Assembly: GCA_030704615.1 (NCBI GenBank)
Contig: CM060732.1
Coordinates: 2,480,001-2,544,000, forward strand
Reading direction: 5' to 3'
DNA: 64,000 nucleotides
Source: Takakia lepidozioides
Lineage: Eukaryota > Plantae > Bryophyta
The translations under genes were made by a program, and so were the position numbers. The notes under the pieces are model-generated. The model did no database searches. It saw only the letters and a list, made by a program, of their open reading frames with translations, and was not told the origin of the DNA. Positions within the stretch are counted from its first letter, which is position 1; each line of letters opens with the position of its first letter. Positions 59,260 to 64,000 of the stretch are shown in pieces.

Positions 59260-60929
59260 TGATTGCTGAATAGCTTCTATTTTCTCACTCATTACCTCAA
59301 TTCCCTTCATACTCACGCGATGCCCAAGATAATCTACTTCTTGTTTTCCAAACTCACATTTAGATGCTTTGGTATATAGCTGATTCTCACGGAGAACTTG
59401 TAATACTTGTTTGAGGTGGTTTCTATGCTTGACAAGGCTGTTACTATAGATCAGAATATCATCTATCACAAATCTATCTAAGAATGGGCGAAAGATATCA
59501 TTCATGAGGCCCATGAATGTGGCTGGGGCATTGGTGAGACCAAATGGCATAACCATGTATTCAAAATGTCAATACCTAGTGCGGAAAGCAGTCTTATATA
59601 CATCTTCATCAGCGACTCGAATTTGGTTGTATCCACTCCTCAGATCAAGCTTCGTAAAGTATTTTGCTCCTCGCAGTTGGTCAAATAGATAGTCCATGCG
59701 TGGTAACGGGTACTTGTTCTTCACTGTCTGCTGGTTGAGTGCTCGATAATCAATGCACATGCGCATTGCTCCAACTTTTTTCTTCACAAACAACACCGGC
59801 GCTCCATACGGGGGTACACTTGGTCTTATAAAGTCTTTTGATAGTAGGTCCTTGATTTGAGCCTTACATTCTTCCAACTCGTTTGGTGCTAATCGATAAG
59901 GGACTTTACAAGAAGGAGTACTACTTGGAACAACCTCAATCTTATGATCTACTCTTATCTTTGGCGGAAGCCGTGCTGGTAGATCATCTGGAAAGACATC
60001 TTTGAACTCTTTCAATACACTCTGTAATTCTATAAGGACCTCACTTATGTCTTTTTTCGGATTTTCCACGTCTCTTATTAAACCTACAAATAATAAGTCT
60101 TTCTTACATATAGCTGTAGTACCTATAACAAATGATGGTAGGTTTCGATATGGTGTCCTCACTCGATCTCCCCATATTTTCCAATTCTGGGTTTTGACTA
60201 TATTTCTACGTCAATCAACATCAGGGTTGTGAGATTCCATCCAAGGCATGCATAATATTACGTCATATCGAGCCAAACTGACCACTCGCCATTCTAAGGT
60301 TTCTCTATATTTACCAATCGACAACTCTATGTTTTTAGGTAGTGTCTCAATGGCCTCTGTATGTCCATTTGACATTTCTACTTCCTCTTTTTCATCCTTT
60401 TCTAAGGGGAGTCCTAATTTCAAGGCAGCCTTTCTAGATAAGAAGTTTTCTGTTGCCCCAGGGTCTATTAACACTCTCACATGAATACCTTCCAAGGTTC
60501 CATCTGCCACAATTAACTGCGTCTCTTTCTTGCCCGCATGATTGATTTGTCTCTTCTCCTTGTAGGGCCCCTCTCCTCTCCTCTTCTTTGTAGAACCAGT
60601 AAGACCACGAGGTCTACTTACTGGTTGTCCTCATTTTCCTACTCACTGTGATGTTCGTTATCTTCTCCTCTCCTTAAATTGTTAAGAGGTTTTCGATAAG
60701 TTTGTCGATTATACCTTCCACTTCGGCAGTTGGCTGCAAGATGTTCGTATTTTCCACAGTTGTAATATTGTCGAGTTTCCCTTTGTCCTTCTGTTCGTGA
60801 GAATGTTGAGGAGGTCATATTCTTGTCATTCAATTTCATTCGCCGCTATGTGTTATCTTCCCCATATCTGATTCCCGACCTATTTCTTTGAGAGTATTGG
60901 AAGTTATCCCGTCTTCGAAGATTCCCAAG
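59260..60929 (-). pseudogene. Ty3 gag C-terminus, protease and RT, inverted relative to the adjacent gag
   Basis: YNCGKYEHLAANC knuckle; LIDPGAT; [10 protein letters not shown]; LDLRSGYNQ; [12 protein letters not shown]; IDDILIYS. Confidence 0.9.
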
Positions 60930-63344
60930 GCGATCCAAAGTTTACGAGTAAATTTTGGAGGGCACTTTGGAAGAAGATGGGGACGAGGCTGAAGATGAGC
61001 ACCGCCTTCCGACCTACGACGGACGGCCAAACGGAAAGAGTGAATTCCGTAGTGAAGCAATTCTTGCGGAATTACGTGTCGGCAGACCAATCAGACTGGA
61101 TGGAACACTTAGACGCGGCAGAGTTCTGTTATAATAACACAAAACACTCCGCAACGGGAGTTTCCCCTTTCGTATTGGTCTATGGAAAAGCACCTCTGGT
61201 GCCGACAAGTTGGGCCGCCCAGGACGTTGAGGAACCGGCAGTAGCGGCGGTACTGGAAGAACGCGAGTGTTTGTTGAAGCTCGCAAAGTACAATATTGCC
61301 AAAGCTAGGAAACGGTATGAAAGGCAGGCGAATCGGAAGCGGAGGGAAGTGAAGTTTGAGGCAGGCACAGAGGTCTGGTTGAACATCAAGAATTTCCGAC
61401 TACCTCCGGAAGTGAGTCCGAAGTTCGTACCTCCGTATGCGGGACCCTTTCGCATTCGGAAGGTTATGAATGAGGATGTGTATGAATTGGAGCTGCCGGC
61501 AAACAGCAAGGTGCACCCAGTATTCCATGTCTCCCTTTTGAAGCCTTACTTCAAAGACGAAGCGCGTCCGAATCGGCATCAAGTGTTGCGTCCGCCACCT
61601 ATGCTGTTGGATCATGAAAATGAACCTGAGTACGAGGTGGAGGCAATACTTAAGTCGAGGAGGTTCAGGAACCGAGAAACGGAGTATCTCGTCAAATGGA
61701 AGGGCTATCATCATGTGGAGGCATCTTGGGTGCGTGCCTCACAAATGGGAAACGTATCCGAGGCGGTTGCAGCTTTCGAAGGGCGACCTCAAAAGCGGAA
61801 GAAGCGTTGATGGGGACATCAACCTTGGAGCGTGGGGGAGGAAATGCATGCTTAGCCCGGCTTAGCTAGCTTAGGAATCCGATTACAAAAACTTGTATTG
61901 TACAAAGGAAATGGGTTCCAAATGTTGTGCGTCCTATTTTGTTTGGAATGATGATGCATGGTATGGTTGGCTAGTGTGTAGAATGCATGCTAGCTTATAA
62001 AAGTGGGAGAGGTAAATTGGGTTAATCGTGTGTTTGCGTAGTGCCAAAATTGGGTGACCCCCATCCAAGGGGCAAGGAAACTTGCGACTTCTTTGGGAGT
62101 TCACGTGCTAGTGCGCACCTGGCGCGTGCGCGTACTATAACTGCGCTACCGAGGGGGTTGCCTTGTAGTGCGGGCTAACGCGGAAGCTACAGCATTCCAA
62201 GGCGGACCCGATTGCAGTGATTGGGGCGCACGGTTGGTTCAAGGTTATCTTCCTAGTCAAAGAGGGTTCCAGGTGAACCCTTGCTCAAGGTGATGCCAAA
62301 AGCGGCATCATGAGCGATCGCAAGCAATGTTGTTGCAGTAAGGCGATTCGATCCTTGGGGAGGATCGTTCCTTGGCCTTGAAGTAGGCCAAGAAGAGTGC
62401 ACTGGGAGGAGCTTGAGAGGCTCCACCCTTGGCTGGGGCTTGGAGGAAGTCGGCCGAACTAGCTAGTGGAGAGTAGAGTCAAGTGTGGGGTTTGGTTCTT
62501 TGCCATGGGACGCCATGGTACGGAAACAAACTCCTTGATGTGGGACGCCACAACTTGGATGTTCATTTCTACAAAATGGACAAGTCGATGAGGACATCGA
62601 CTCCCTGTTGGTAGGGGTGTGTGTCGCGGCCCTTTGCCTTGAGGGCAGGGGGGTCGGGACACATGAGGGACTACCCCTGTGGTGGGGGCAGTGGCAGCGA
62701 TAGGTATGGGGGGCTGAAGCACCCTTGAGTGCCCAAGGCACTCAGGGAAGCGGAGGCGCTTACTAGGTGGAGCCCCGCACACTGGGTGGGGGTGGCTCCA
62801 CAAGGGGTGGTGGTAGCTTAGCGGGACTTAGTGGGGGTGGCATAGGACTCACCATGGGGGCGGAGACCTCGTGGTGGGAGTCGTGGGGAGTCTTGGGACT
62901 CATCACGGTCCATAGGGGCCGTGGTGAGTGGGCCAAGACTCACCGCGACTCATCACCGGGAGTCGAGGGTTTTCGTGGTAGTTCGCCATAAAATGGCATG
63001 GCTGGTTGTGAAACCCCCGCGGACAGCTATAGAAGTATATATAAGGGGATTAGTGACCCCGAGAACGGTGCAAGCCCGTTGGTGACCAAAAACTAGTGAG
63101 TAAGCGAGCGAGCCGGAAAGCGACCAAAGAGTGGGGAGCTGTTCCGGACTGCCATCTACCAAAGGGAATTCTCCTAGTCCCAAATAGGTGGAGGGTTTAG
63201 TGGGAAGCGAAGGGGGACCGTTATGTCCCTGTGAGCAGCCGAAGCTCCAAGTTGGCCCGGGCGGCCAGGTTGGGAGTCAGGCGCGCGCATCAAAGCGAGT
63301 AACTATGACTTGAAGGGGAGCTTACCGAAGTGAGGTGCGCGACA
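60930..63344 (+). mobile_element. 5'-truncated second copy of the 21008-27980 chromovirus (integrase C-half, chromodomain, 3' UTR, 3' LTR 62622-63344)
   Basis: ORF 60977-61810 is near-identical to the 22640-23520 region; LTR TGTCGCG...GCGACA. Confidence 0.95.
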
Positions 63345-64000
63345 GTGTTTCATGTTCATTTCTGCAAGTTACTGGTTGAGTGAACCTTAGATAGTTTGCA
63401 ATGCGTGTGCAAAGCCGGCAGCTCTAGAGAAGGCTGCTTCTGCATGTGATTCTTAGGCATTGCTTGGGTTTGTTTTCATTGTTGTTCCATGCCACTCCAT
63501 ACTTGGTTTTGTCTTGTTTTCATTGTTGTTCCACGATTGTTGCGATGGTGGTTGCGATGCTCGTTGCGATGGTGATTTTCATTGCGATGTTGGTTCTCAC
63601 GATTGTTGGGGATGACAGAGTGATGACGAGCCCGACACGCTGGTGGTATCATCGACAGCTCCAACTGCTCGAGCAATCACTCCAAAAGCCGCTACTCATC
63701 GCATGTTTGGATCGCCCAACTTGGGGCGGGAGGGCAAACTAAATCTTTCTCCTTTTGTTGGTGGACGGGAGGACCTGCAGCGAGAGTACGACAGAATAGG
63801 CATTCGGGAGGTTGGTGCAGGCGGCATGGCAGGTGAAGGGCGTCAGATGAGGACAGCAGATCCGGCAATGGAGGAAGCTGATGCACATACAGTAGGGCCC
63901 GCCCACGCAAAGAAGAAGAAGAAAGCCAAGCACATGCAATCCCCGGCGAGAGAGCTGTCACGGGCTGCGGAGGGGGGAGTGAGCAGGGTCGGCGAGGGTG

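Noticed and set aside
63446-64000. Hydrophobic ORF and GC-rich end of the window
   Set aside because: Low-complexity TTGCGATG repeats and no recognisable motif; truncated by the window edge.

Overview
Gene-poor, transposon-dense eukaryotic nuclear DNA. It is most consistent with a non-seed land plant (PLS-class PPR and DYW fragments, chromoviral Ty3 elements, CACTA ends); the host assignment is inference. No intact host gene, rRNA, tRNA or CRISPR-Cas system was seen. Main contents: (i) four copies from three families (A, B, C) of a Mutator-like (MULE) DNA transposon whose transposase has a GCM/WRKY-like Zn domain, a DDE core with CxxH and a C-terminal SWIM finger; (ii) one full-length chromoviral Ty3 element with a 5-bp TSD, plus a truncated second copy; (iii) several other Ty3 fragments, one ending in a PHD finger, and a LINE fragment; (iv) CACTA ends next to shattered PPR/DYW pieces and a kinase fragment. 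The most unusual structure is in MULE families A and C. Each carries a divergently oriented, spliced accessory gene. In family A this gene has a degenerate ParB/Srx-like (D-G-N-H-R type) motif. Its introns hold regularly spaced palindromes with a shared TGCGT-NN-ACGCA core and family-specific, co-varying arms. Family B has an analogous GGCGCC-centred palindrome array in front of an acidic terminal exon. All calls were made by eye, with no database searches; boundaries marked approximate are approximate.
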